Assembly: GCA_049647485.1 (NCBI GenBank)
Contig: JBARXT010000197.1
Coordinates: forward strand, 184 to 64,183
Direction of reading: 5' to 3'
Origin: Xanthobacteraceae bacterium
GTDB taxonomy: Bacteria; Pseudomonadota; Alphaproteobacteria; Rhizobiales; Xanthobacteraceae
DNA length: 64,000 nt
Shown here piece by piece: positions 1-11,444 of the stretch. Both the position numbers and the translations under genes were made by a program. Every line of letters begins with the position of its first letter. Position 1 is the first letter of the stretch. Under the pieces are notes generated by a model. That model was not told where the DNA came from. It did no database searches and saw nothing but the letters and a program-made list of their open reading frames with translations.

Positions 1-1
1 T

Positions 2-142
2 GTTCCCGACGCATCGAGCTATGTCATGCTGGCCGCACACATAGCGTTTGGTGCAGCGGTCTACAGCGTCGCACTCGCTTTCCTGTACATATCCATGCTG
101 TCGCGGCGGCTGCGTCATCGGCTGCAACGATCCGGCGCATGA
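2..142 (+). CDS. Partial CDS (3' end) of an upstream membrane protein; function unknown
   Basis: Reading from the window edge in frame 2 gives VPDASSYVMLAAHIAFGAAVYSVALAFLYISMLSRRLRHRLQRSGA, then TGA at 140-142. It is a hydrophobic helix followed by a basic tail. It is not in the ORF track and is too short to name. Confidence 0.3.
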   Translation, partial: VPDASSYVMLAAHIAFGAAVYSVALAFLYISMLSRRLRHRLQRSGA

Positions 143-154
143 GCAGGGATGCCG

Positions 155-1255
155 CTATGACCTCCGCGACGTCTCGAAGGCGCGCTGCATCGCAAAATAG
201 AGAGGTTTCTTACTCATGTTGCCGTCAAAAGGCAGCGGCCGGGGCAGCCGGGTGGCCGACGGATCCCTTTTCCGCGCCGCATCCGTATAAAACGAATAGG
301 TGTCGGAAAGCTCCCAGGCAACGACCATCTTCACCGCTGGAACACTTAGAATATCGGACAGGAATTTCTCAGCCGTCTCCGCGACCTTGGCGTCGCGGCT
401 TGGAATGTCATCCGGAAAAGTGTCATCTCGTACGTCGAATTCGGTTACGTAAATGTCGACCTTGCGTTCGGCCAACGCATGGACGAATTCCATGAATCTC
501 GCCGGATCGTGCGGATAGCGCGGTTGCAAGTGCCCTTGGAGGCCGACGGCATGCAGCGGCGCGCCGGCGTGCTTCAGTTCGTCGACCAGCCGTAGGAGTC
601 CGGCGCGGACAACGTGTCCGACATCGTCGTCCCGCTCGGTCTGGGCCTCGTTCAGAACGAGCTTCGTCGTCTTGTCGATTTGACCCGCGCGCACAAAGGC
701 TCGTCGCACATAGTCGGCTCCAAACGCGTCATACCACGGGCCAAGCCGATACCCGCCGGGCGCTTTGTGACCCGGCCAGAACGGCTCGTTCACGATATCC
801 CAGGATTGAAGCTTTCCTTCGTATCGACCGACCACTTCATCGATGTAGCGGTCGAAGAAGCCCCTTCGTTCCGCTCCGCCCATGGACTTGATCCAAGCCG
901 GAACCCATTCATTCCAGATCAGACAATGTCCGCGCATCGGGATTCCGTTCTGCGCACAGAATTGAAGCAACCGATCGGCACTGCCGTACTGCTTCGGGCC
1001 GGGACGCGGTGCGATGGTTCCCATCTTCAATGCGACATCGGTTGTAACGATGCGCGCGTGCGACTCGTATAGCGCGCGATAGGCGCGATCCTTGTCGATG
1101 ACAGGTCCAGCGGCAGCACCGAATACTATTCCATTTGCGGCGGCAACTTCGCCGAGACCTCGATCCGTTGCTGCGGTTGTCGCGCGCGTGCACATGCCAA
1201 CACCCGCACCGGCAAGGAGCGACAGCATTCGCCGTCGCGAATGGATCAGTTGCAT
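155..1255 (-). CDS. Glycoside hydrolase family 10 (endo-beta-1,4-xylanase-like), probably Tat-exported
   Basis: From ORF 155..1366, with the start trimmed to the ATG at 1255. MQLIHSRRRMLSLLAGAGVG is a twin-arginine-like signal. GH10 hallmarks are present: WDIVNEP (acid/base Glu) and IYVTEFDV (nucleophile Glu). Confidence 0.75.
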   Translation of the reverse strand: MQLIHSRRRMLSLLAGAGVGMCTRATTAATDRGLGEVAAANGIVFGAAAGPVIDKDRAYRALYESHARIVTTDVALKMGTIAPRPGPKQYGSADRLLQFCAQNGIPMRGHCLIWNEWVPAWIKSMGGAERRGFFDRYIDEVVGRYEGKLQSWDIVNEPFWPGHKAPGGYRLGPWYDAFGADYVRRAFVRAGQIDKTTKLVLNEAQTERDDDVGHVVRAGLLRLVDELKHAGAPLHAVGLQGHLQPRYPHDPARFMEFVHALAERKVDIYVTEFDVRDDTFPDDIPSRDAKVAETAEKFLSDILSVPAVKMVVAWELSDTYSFYTDAARKRDPSATRLPRPLPFDGNMSKKPLYFAMQRAFETSRRS

Positions 1256-1433
1256 AACGCATCCTTCGTTTCGAAATTTCATCCATGCATTCTTTGCAAG
1301 CAGCAACGCCATCGTTGCGTCGCAATAGTTCGATTTGATGACGACGATCATCGAACGTCGATTCATGTCGGGAAAAATTTACACGACATCGTCGCGCGCC
1401 AATCCGTCGCCAAAGTAAAGCCTGGAGATTGCC

Positions 1434-2228
1434 ATGTTGGATGCGCGGATGCGGAAAAACGACGACCTCATGATCGACGGTCTCGCGATCAACACATTCT
1501 CGATGTCCGAAGCAGTCACCTCGATCATCGCGGCTGCGCAAGCCGGTGATGCGTTCAGCCTCTGTACGCTCAATCTCGATCATATCGAGAAGCTCAACAA
1601 ACAACCGGAGTTTCGGACTGCTTATCGACGAGCAAGGTTCATCACGGCGGACGGATTTCCGATCGTCGTCCTGGGCCGCCTCGCCGGCGCCGCGATCGAA
1701 CGCACGACGGGCGCCGATCTCGTGCATCCACTGTGTGCCGAGGCCGGCCGAAACGGCCTTTCGGTCTATCTCTTCGGATCAAACAGGTTGACGCTTCACC
1801 GGGCCGGGAGGCGTCTGGCGAAACGCTATGCGGGCCTCGAGATTGTCGGATCCCATTCGCCCGGCCCAACCTTCGATCCCCATTCCGACGAAGCGAATGA
1901 TGCGATCGAGCGCATTCGCGCTTCCGGCGCCAGACTTTGCTTTGTCGCACTGGGCGCACCCAGACAGGAGATTTTTGCGGCACGCTGTCTCGATCAACTC
2001 CCCTCCACGGGGCTCCTATGCATCGGCGCCGCGCTGGACTTCGTCGCGAACACGCAGAACCGCGCTCCCCGGTTTACCCAGAAGACCGGCCTCGAATGGG
2101 CATGGCGCATGATGCGCGATCCCGGGCGTCTCGGCCCCCGTTACGCTCGCTGCGCGGCGATAATTCCAAGGCTCGCCCTTCAAAGCCTTCCACAGATTCT
2201 GAATGCACGCAGGAGACGGACCGCATGA
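1434..2228 (+). CDS. WecB/TagA/CpsF-family (GT26) glycosyltransferase
   Basis: 264-aa ORF. The family-typical N-terminus is present (IDGLAINTFSMSEAV ... LCTLNLDHI) along with FITADGFPIV, LFGS and VALGAPRQE. Confidence 0.8.
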   Translation: MLDARMRKNDDLMIDGLAINTFSMSEAVTSIIAAAQAGDAFSLCTLNLDHIEKLNKQPEFRTAYRRARFITADGFPIVVLGRLAGAAIERTTGADLVHPLCAEAGRNGLSVYLFGSNRLTLHRAGRRLAKRYAGLEIVGSHSPGPTFDPHSDEANDAIERIRASGARLCFVALGAPRQEIFAARCLDQLPSTGLLCIGAALDFVANTQNRAPRFTQKTGLEWAWRMMRDPGRLGPRYARCAAIIPRLALQSLPQILNARRRRTA

Positions 2229-3505
2229 TCTCAACCATCACGCTTGCACAGCGCGCACGCAATGCACCTCCCGCGAAAGAAGCGCGTTACAATATTTGCC
2301 TGATCCATCCGTTCGATCCTCGGGGAGAGAAAGTCGGAGGTCTCGAGACTTACATTCGCGATTTCATCACGTTCCATCCCGACAACACAGATCTGCTGCT
2401 GATCGGCGTGGATTCAACCGGTCGGATGTCGCTCGGTAAAATCCATCGATTGACGTTCAGGGGACGATCGTTCGACTTTCTTCCGATTCTTCACTATTCG
2501 GACCAGAAAGCACGGGAAGCGGCACGCAGCATTCGCTCTTCACTGACCGGCCAGTTTTTTGCTGCATTAATCAGTCATTTCGGACTGATTGCGCGATTGA
2601 TTCGAACGCGACGTTGCTCGATCGATTTGCGACGAGTCGAATTTTCCTGGTTGCCGGCCATTCTGCGATCGCCATTCATACAAATGCTGCATGGCGAAGG
2701 CGCTCCAAAGCTGCAAATGGATTCATTGCTGAAGAAGTACTCCTTCGTTCACAATGCCGGCGAACGGTTTGCGGTCGCGATGAGCGAGAAGTTCCTTTGC
2801 GTCAATCCGTTCATCACGGAACGGCTTCAAAACACCTACCCGCGCCGACGAAGCAAGATCGATACGCTATGGACCTGGGTTAACACCGAGATATTTGAAC
2901 CACAGCCTTTTTCCGATCATTCCGACGCCTTTCGTATCACATTCGCCGGACGCCTCGATGAATTCAAGGACCCTGACTTGATGTTCATGACGATCGATCG
3001 GCTGCGCCAGCGGCTGGCGCGTCCGGTCGAATTTCACTATGTCGGCACCAGCGATCCGCATCGTTTCGTTGAATTCAACAAGATCGAGGACATCACCGTC
3101 CAGCACGGCTTCAAGGACGCCGCCGGGATGGCTGCCACACTGGCGCATGCGCACTCCGGCATTCTTACGTCAGAATTCGAGGGCATGCCGCGTTTTGTTC
3201 TCGAAACGCTTGCGGTCGGCCGTCCGGTGGTCGCAACCCACCTCCCCCAACTCGAATCCGTCATCCGGGACGGCGAGAGCGGTTTCCTTGTCCCACGCAC
3301 AAATTCGCGCGGCGGCATGGCGGATCAACTCGCTCAACGGTTCATAGACATCGAAAGGCAGATTGAAATGGGAACAATCGATCCGGTTCGGATTGCAACC
3401 CATATCCGCTTGTTCACGCCGGATACACAACTCGCACGCGTCTTCCGTTATCATCAGGAAATTCAGAACGCACGCGGGATCGTCAAGGCCATTCCATCTC
3501 ATTGA
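2225..3505 (+). CDS. GT4-family glycosyltransferase
   Basis: From ORF 1937..3505, with the start trimmed to the ATG at 2225 (MISTITL). This ATG overlaps the upstream TGA (ATGA-type coupling). The E-x7-E motif reads SEFEGMPRFVLETLAVGRPVV. Confidence 0.75.
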   Translation: MISTITLAQRARNAPPAKEARYNICLIHPFDPRGEKVGGLETYIRDFITFHPDNTDLLLIGVDSTGRMSLGKIHRLTFRGRSFDFLPILHYSDQKAREAARSIRSSLTGQFFAALISHFGLIARLIRTRRCSIDLRRVEFSWLPAILRSPFIQMLHGEGAPKLQMDSLLKKYSFVHNAGERFAVAMSEKFLCVNPFITERLQNTYPRRRSKIDTLWTWVNTEIFEPQPFSDHSDAFRITFAGRLDEFKDPDLMFMTIDRLRQRLARPVEFHYVGTSDPHRFVEFNKIEDITVQHGFKDAAGMAATLAHAHSGILTSEFEGMPRFVLETLAVGRPVVATHLPQLESVIRDGESGFLVPRTNSRGGMADQLAQRFIDIERQIEMGTIDPVRIATHIRLFTPDTQLARVFRYHQEIQNARGIVKAIPSH

Positions 3506-3512
3506 GACGACA

Positions 3513-4733
3513 TTGAAGATTTTGCTTCTTACGAGCGAATTCTCTCCGGCGATGGGTGGCATCGGAACCTACGCACGCGAGATCGCTACGGCAGCAATCG
3601 GGCTCGGAGCTGAAGTGACCCTGATTGCACCGGACTATGGATCCGATTCGACTTCCGATGATCGGAGACTGCCGTTTCAAGTTCGTCGTTTTCGCGGCGA
3701 TCTTCACTCGATGAAGAACCTGCCGGCGAAAATCCGGTTGACGCGCGATCGGGTTGCCTCCGAGGCTTACGATGTCGTTCACGCGGCCGATTGGCCCTTC
3801 TTCATCCCGACCGCCCTGTCGCGACGCCGTACGTCCGCACGCTTCATCGTCACGGTGCATGGCACCGAGATCAACGAAACACAAACACGGCTAAAGCGTC
3901 TCGCCATTGCCACGACGGGCGTTTTCGGATCACGCACCGAAGTCGTCGCCAATAGCCGATATACGCGTGACCTGTTTCAACGACGCTTCTCCATAGATTC
4001 GAATCGGATCAAGGCTGTCCCGCTTGGCGTGTCCGGCTTCTGGTTCGGACCACGCGCTTCGCGCAACGCCGTTCGGCAAACTCATGGGATTCCGGATGAT
4101 AAAATCGTCATGGTGACCGTTGCTCGGCTCACTCGACGCAAAGGTCATCATATGGCCCTCGCCGCACTCGCCCGTTTACCGGATGAGATACGCAGACGGA
4201 TCGTCTGGCTGATCGTGGGTCCTCCGGGAGAAGCGGATTATGTCGATCAATTGCGTCGTCTCGCTTCGGAATCGGATTGCGATATCCGCATGCCCGGCAA
4301 ACTTTCGGATCGCGACATTCGCGATCTCTATGGCGCATGTGATTTCTTCTGCCTCACGGGAGTTCCGGATCCCTCCGGTCGCATCGAGGGTTTCGGGCTC
4401 GTTTATCTGGAGGCTGCCGCGGTTGGCTTGCCGAGCGTCGCCACGGCGATCGGCGGCGTGCCCGATGCCGTCGTCGCAAACAAGACCGGCGCTCTCGTTG
4501 AGCCATCGATCGACGCAATCGCTCACGCCATCAACCGCCTTGTCACCGAACGCGAACTGCGCGTCACCCTGGCGGAGCACGCCAGGATGCACGCCCGCAC
4601 ATTGTCTTGGGAACGTTGCGCGGCCGAAACTTACGGCTTGCCGCATTCGGCTGAACGAAACGCACGACACATGCAAGCGTCACACCAGGCGAGTGCCCAT
4701 GGCGAAAGATTGCAGATTCCGGCCGAAGATTGA
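3513..4733 (+). CDS. GT4-family glycosyltransferase
   Basis: From ORF 3363..4733. The GT4 N-terminus KILLLTSEFSPAMGGIGTY begins at an in-frame TTG at 3513, just after the upstream stop at 3503-3505, so the start is uncertain. The E-x7-E motif reads EGFGLVYLEAAAVGLPSV. Confidence 0.7.
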   Translation: MKILLLTSEFSPAMGGIGTYAREIATAAIGLGAEVTLIAPDYGSDSTSDDRRLPFQVRRFRGDLHSMKNLPAKIRLTRDRVASEAYDVVHAADWPFFIPTALSRRRTSARFIVTVHGTEINETQTRLKRLAIATTGVFGSRTEVVANSRYTRDLFQRRFSIDSNRIKAVPLGVSGFWFGPRASRNAVRQTHGIPDDKIVMVTVARLTRRKGHHMALAALARLPDEIRRRIVWLIVGPPGEADYVDQLRRLASESDCDIRMPGKLSDRDIRDLYGACDFFCLTGVPDPSGRIEGFGLVYLEAAAVGLPSVATAIGGVPDAVVANKTGALVEPSIDAIAHAINRLVTERELRVTLAEHARMHARTLSWERCAAETYGLPHSAERNARHMQASHQASAHGERLQIPAED

Positions 4734-4776
4734 CCCTCGAGATCAACGACCCGGAGACGGCGTGTTCAAACATCTG

Positions 4777-5181
4777 ATGCTGTTTCTCGTCGCAGTGGCC
4801 ACGCTTGCCGCAATGCCGGCTCGTGCCGAGAGTTGCACCAAGAGCCGCGATTACCTTCTCGGTGGCAGCGCGGGAGATTTGCCAGGACCGGCGGACACGT
4901 ACCGCAATCTTTTCAAGGTCTGCCTCGACACGATCTCGATGCCCAATGTGAAGGACGCCTTTGTTTTGCGCGACGGTGGCATCGCTGCAATTCCGAAGCA
5001 GGACACCATCCCTGCCACCGCCGCAACGCTGTCGCGGTTCTGCAACGCGTACCCTCGTGCCACTCTTCGCTTTCTCGGCCGCAAGGACCTGCAGCGGGGC
5101 TTCGGAATCGGACGGATCGTGCAGATTTCTTCAACCGGATCGACATCCTGCCCTCAGATCAAGGGCAATGCATTTCGCTAG
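4777..5181 (+). CDS. Small secreted hypothetical protein with four Cys
   Basis: This is the tail of ORF 4240..5181. MLFLVAVATLAAMPARA-ES looks like a Sec signal peptide, with an alternative GTG start at 4762. The mature part of about 115 aa has four spaced Cys. I recognise no family. Confidence 0.5.
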   Translation: MLFLVAVATLAAMPARAESCTKSRDYLLGGSAGDLPGPADTYRNLFKVCLDTISMPNVKDAFVLRDGGIAAIPKQDTIPATAATLSRFCNAYPRATLRFLGRKDLQRGFGIGRIVQISSTGSTSCPQIKGNAFR

Positions 5182-5278
5182 TCTACGTAATGCTGCCGGA
5201 TGGTGATGGTCAACGAGGCTCAGGCATCGTCCCGGGTGATCGGACAGCCGATCGCAATATAAGCGCGAACCGATTTCG

Positions 5279-6823
5279 CTATCCGATACGGCGCTCGCGG
5301 CCCTTCCAGAACGGATCGCGTACCGCGCGGCGGAGCAACTTTCCAACCGGGCTTTTCGGCACCTCGTTGATGAAGTGCACCGACTTCGGCACTTTATAGC
5401 CGGCGAGCCTATCGCGGGCGAAGGCCATCAGCGCGGCGTCGTCCGCCTGCTGATCGGGCCGTAGCGCGACAAAGGCGGCGACCGCCTCGCCCCACTTGTC
5501 GTCCGGAATGCCGACCACCACTACCTCGCGCACTGCCGGATGCGCGGCAAGTGCATCCTCGACCTCGCGCGGATAGACGTTGTATCCGCCGGTGACGATC
5601 ATGTCCGATGTGCGGTCAACGAGATAAAGGTAGCCGTCCTCGTCGAAGCGGCCGACGTCGCGCGTGCGAATGAAGCCGCCAGGCAGCGCCATCTGCGCGT
5701 TAAGTTCCGGCGCATCGAAATAGCCGCGCATCATGAACGGCGATCGCAGCGCGATCTCCCCGACTTCACCCGGCGTGACCTCATTGCCATCCTCGTCCAC
5801 CAGACGGATCTCGCAATCGATGCTCGGCCGTCCACAAGCGGCGAGGCGCTGCTCCGCGTTCGGACCGATGTGATCCTCCTTGGTCAGGTGCGTGATGAAC
5901 ACGGGCGCCTCAGTCTGCCCGTAATATTGCAGGAAGCGCGGGCCCCACAATTTGAGCGCGCGGTTGATGGTCGGGCGCGGCATCGGCGACGCGCCATAGA
6001 TGATCGAACGCACGGAGTTGAAATCCGCCTCCGCGATGCCGGGCTGGTCCAGCAGCATACCGAGCATGGTCGGCACCATGTTGAGCGCGGTCGGCTTCCA
6101 ACGCTCGACCGCCTCGATATACGACGCCGGCGTGAAACCGGGGAGCACCGCCGCCGTCGCACCACTGATCCAGTACGGCAGGATGAAGCAGCCGCTGGCG
6201 TGGATCATCGATGCAGCGTGCAACATGATGTCGCCTTCTCGCACGTCGTGATTGGCGAGGATATTCAGTGCCATCGCCGCCCAACTCGCCTGGGTGTGCT
6301 CGACGGCTTTCAACTTGCCGGTGGTGCCGGAGGTGAAGATGGTAATGACGATGTCCTCGGCTTCCGGCTTGCGGTCGGGCGGCGTCGTCGGCTGGGCTTT
6401 CGCCAGCGCTTGAAGATCGCTCGTGTTGGCGGCATCGCCGATGCTGATGGTCCGCAATCCCGGCATGGCCTCCGCCAGTTCGCGCGCGCGATCGGCAAGG
6501 TCGGCGCCGTGCAGCAGGATGCCAACTCCCGCGCCCTGCAGCATCTGCTGCTGCTCCGCCTCTGAGAGCCGCGCGTTGAGCGGCACCCGCGCCAGCCGCG
6601 CTTTCGCGAAACCGAAATCCACAGGAATGGTGAACACCGAATTGTTCAGCAACAACCCGACCCTGGTGCCGACCGCCAGTTCCAGCGTATTGATGAAGAC
6701 GTTGGCGATCTGGTTCGAGAGTTGGTCCACTTGCGTGAAGGTAAGCTTGTCGTTGCCATACATCACCGCCGTTCGCGATCCAAAATAGACCGCGCCGCGG
6801 CGCACCAACTCCGTCATCAGCAT
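5279..6823 (-). CDS. AMP-dependent acyl-CoA synthetase/ligase
   Basis: From ORF 5279..7330, trimmed to MLMTELVRRG at 6823; the upstream 169 aa are Arg/Gly-rich junk. AMP-binding motifs are present: TSGTTGKLKAV, YGQTE, TRDVG and VPKSPVGK. Confidence 0.85.
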   Translation of the reverse strand: MLMTELVRRGAVYFGSRTAVMYGNDKLTFTQVDQLSNQIANVFINTLELAVGTRVGLLLNNSVFTIPVDFGFAKARLARVPLNARLSEAEQQQMLQGAGVGILLHGADLADRARELAEAMPGLRTISIGDAANTSDLQALAKAQPTTPPDRKPEAEDIVITIFTSGTTGKLKAVEHTQASWAAMALNILANHDVREGDIMLHAASMIHASGCFILPYWISGATAAVLPGFTPASYIEAVERWKPTALNMVPTMLGMLLDQPGIAEADFNSVRSIIYGASPMPRPTINRALKLWGPRFLQYYGQTEAPVFITHLTKEDHIGPNAEQRLAACGRPSIDCEIRLVDEDGNEVTPGEVGEIALRSPFMMRGYFDAPELNAQMALPGGFIRTRDVGRFDEDGYLYLVDRTSDMIVTGGYNVYPREVEDALAAHPAVREVVVVGIPDDKWGEAVAAFVALRPDQQADDAALMAFARDRLAGYKVPKSVHFINEVPKSPVGKLLRRAVRDPFWKGRERRIG

Positions 6824-6870
6824 CGCAATCTCCCGCTTTGTTTCTACCGGCTTGTACCATCCGGGAGAGG

Positions 6871-7656
6871 TCAGCGCCCTGGCCACGACGGCTTCCGCTT
6901 CTCCCCGAAGGCTTTCAAGCCTTCCTTGGCATCCTCGGTCATCGCCAACAACGCGATCTGGCTTTCGGTGTAGGCAATCGCCTCGTCGAACGACATCGCA
7001 GCAATGGCGCGCATGGCGTATTTGCCGCGGCGAATTGCTGTCGGCGACTTGTCGGTGAGGCGGCCAATCAGCCACTCGACTTTGGCGTCGAGTTCTCCGG
7101 CCGGCGCGATATGGTTGACGAGACCGGCGGCCTGCGCGGCGTGGACATCGAACGGCTCGCCGGTCAGCGACCACTCGTTGATCAGCCGCCGCGGAGCCAG
7201 CGATTGCAGCAGGCTCATCACCTGCATCGGGAACACGCCGACCTTGACTTCCGGCAGGCCAAAGATCGCCGTCTCCGTCGCCACCGCCATATCGGTCATG
7301 CACAGCAAGCCCATGCCGCCGGCCATGCACACGCCATTGATGCGCGCGATCGACGGCTTGGTAGCGTTCTGCGACAATCGCAACAGGTCGGCGTAATCGA
7401 CGTTGGGCTTGGCGAAATCCATCGCAGCAAAAGCGCCGCCGGTGTTCGCCAGGTCGGCGCCGGCGCAGAATGCCTTGTCGCCCGCTCCGGTCAGCACGAT
7501 GACGCGGATGGCGGGATCGTCATGCGCCTCGCGATAGCCGCGCACGATGCCGGCAATCACTTCGGCGTTGAGCGCGTTGCGCTTCTCGGGGCGATTGATG
7601 GTGATCCAGAGGGCCTGCCCGCGCTTCTCCTGCACTACGCTCGTATTGTCCGCCAT
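6871..7656 (-). CDS. Enoyl-CoA hydratase/isomerase (crotonase fold)
   Basis: 261 aa. Family features are ITINRPEKRNAL, FCAGADL, the oxyanion-hole segment GVCMAGG, and the C-terminal EGLKAFGEKRKP. Confidence 0.9.
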   Translation of the reverse strand: MADNTSVVQEKRGQALWITINRPEKRNALNAEVIAGIVRGYREAHDDPAIRVIVLTGAGDKAFCAGADLANTGGAFAAMDFAKPNVDYADLLRLSQNATKPSIARINGVCMAGGMGLLCMTDMAVATETAIFGLPEVKVGVFPMQVMSLLQSLAPRRLINEWSLTGEPFDVHAAQAAGLVNHIAPAGELDAKVEWLIGRLTDKSPTAIRRGKYAMRAIAAMSFDEAIAYTESQIALLAMTEDAKEGLKAFGEKRKPSWPGR

Positions 7657-7675
7657 CGTCTACCGTGTCCTGTGG

Positions 7676-9669
<1,994 letters not shown>

Positions 9670-9673
<4 letters not shown>

Positions 9674-11292
9674 GGCCGCGCCACCGAGAACTGCATGCGA
9701 TGCGGCGTGCAAACGTCGCCCTCGCGGCAAATCGCCATCACTTCGGCGAGCACCGCGCGAGTGTCGCGCGGATCGATGACGCCATCATCGAGCACGCGAG
9801 CGCTGGTCGAGAACACGTCCATCTGGCCATCGAATACCGCTGTAATCTTGGCCTTCATCGCATCGATCTTATCGCGCTCGACCGGTGCGCCCTTGCGGGC
9901 GGCGGCGGCCTCGGTGACGATCGCCATGGTTTCCGCCGCCTGCTCGCCGCCCATCACCGCCGTCTTGGCGTTCGGCCACGAGAAGCAAAAGCGCGGATGG
10001 AAGCCGCGCCCGCACATGCCGTAATTGCCAGCCCCGAACGACGCGCCGCAATAGATGGTGATTTGTGGCACGGTGGCGCTCGTCACCGCCTGGATCATCT
10101 TCGAGCCGTGCTTGATCATGCCGGCTTCTTCATAAGCCTTGCCGACCATGTAGCCGGTGGTGTTGTTGAGATAAAGCAGCGGCGTCTGAGACTGGCAGCA
10201 CGCCTGAATGAAATGCGTCGCCTTGTTGGCTCCGGCGGGATCGAGCGGCCCGTTGTTGGTGATGATGCCGATGGCATGGCCTTCGATGCGCGCCTGTCCG
10301 CACACCGTCGCCGGCCCGTAATCCGATCCGAACTCGACGAAATCGGAATCGTCGACAAAACGCGCGATAGCCTGCCGCATGTCGACGGGGCGCTTGTGGT
10401 CCATCGGCATGATACCGAGCAGTTCCTCGACGTCATAGCGCGGTGGTCGCGCCTGGATGCGCTTCTCGTCGGCTTGCGGCCGATCCCAGTCAAGCCCGGC
10501 CATGATATCGCGCGCGATGCGCAGCGCGTCGCGGTCGTCTTCCGCAAGATAGTCGCCAAGGCCGGAAACGCTCGTGTGCATCACCGCGCCGCCGAGTTCT
10601 TCCTCGGTGGCGATCTCACCGGTCGCGGCTTTCAGCAGCGGCGGCCCGGCCAGGAACGCGCGGGTGCGACCGCGTACCATGACGATGTAGTCCGACAGGC
10701 CGGTCTGGTACGCGCCGCCCGCAGTGGACGAACCGTGCGTCACCGTCACCACCGGCAATCCTGCCGCCGACAGCCGCGCCAGGTTGCGGAAGATATTGCC
10801 GCCGCGCACGAAGTCCTCGACGCGATAGCGCAACAGGTTGGCGCCGGCGCTTTCCACCAGTTGCACGTAAGGCAGCCGGTTTTCCAGCGCCAACTCCTGC
10901 ACCCGCAAGGTCTTGTCGAGGCCGTAGGGCTGCAACGCGCCGGCATCGATGCCAGCGTCGTTGGCGCTGACCATGCAGCGAATGCCGGAGACGAAGCCGA
11001 TGCCGGCGACAAGGCCGCCGCCCGGCGCGCTCTTGTCCGGGTCCGGCACGTCGAACATGTAACCGGCGAGCGTCGAGAGTTCGAGAAACGGCGCGCCGGG
11101 GTCGAGCACCAGCGCCACGCGCTCACGCGGCAGCAACTGGTGGCGCTTGTGGAAGCGATCCTTGGCGGCGGCGGACTTGGCACGGCTGCGCTCCTCCAGC
11201 GTCCGCATCCGCTCGATCAGAGCCAACATGCCGTCGCGGTTGGCCTTGAAACCGGCGCTGCCGGTCGCGATGGTCGATTCAATGACAGCCAT
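9670..11292 (-). CDS. Acyl-CoA carboxylase carboxyltransferase (beta) subunit, MCC/GCC-like but divergent
   Basis: 540 aa. LLPRERVALVLDPGAPFLELSTLAG and STAGGAY are present. The block that reads NDATVKGGTYY in canonical MCC-beta reads NDAGIDAGALQPYG here. Confidence 0.85.
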
Positions 11293-11330
11293 ATTGCGAT
11301 CGTTTCTCCAGAACTTTAAGGACGCGCCAT

Positions 11331-11417
11331 CGTCCTGAGGTATGAGCGAAGCGAGCCTCGAAGAATGACCGTCGCCCTTCGAGGTCGTCGCTTGTGCGAC
11401 GGCACCTCAGGGTGACG
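11331..11417. repeat. REP-like element, family C (copy 1)
   Basis: The element reads CGTCCTGAGG..GCGAAGCGAGCCTCGAAG...CTTCGAGG..CACCTCAGGGTGACG. It is intergenic, between the synthetase and the carboxyltransferase genes. Confidence 0.65.
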
Positions 11418-11444
11418 GTAATCGCTCCACACGCCCATCCCGCA

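Noticed and set aside
139-495. ORF 139..495 (+), 118 aa, at the window start.
   Set aside because: It is antisense to the C-terminal half of the GH10 gene and its composition is Arg/Pro/Ser-rich. The short frame-2 gene tail ending at 142 is the more plausible plus-strand feature.
1303-1318. GCAACG-CCAT-CGTTGC palindrome in the divergent GH10/GT26 promoter region.
   Set aside because: It is a short, single occurrence with no regulator encoded nearby. It could be an operator, but I cannot support that from the sequence alone.
6824-7330. N-terminal extensions of tracked ORFs. Examples are 5279..7330, 14242..15546, 1937..3505, 3363..4733, 24722..25609, 53010..53873, 47829..48674 and 46569..47174.
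   Set aside because: The extensions overlap neighbouring genes and are Arg/Gly/Pro-rich. They end exactly where a family-typical N-terminus begins at an internal start codon. I trimmed the starts accordingly.
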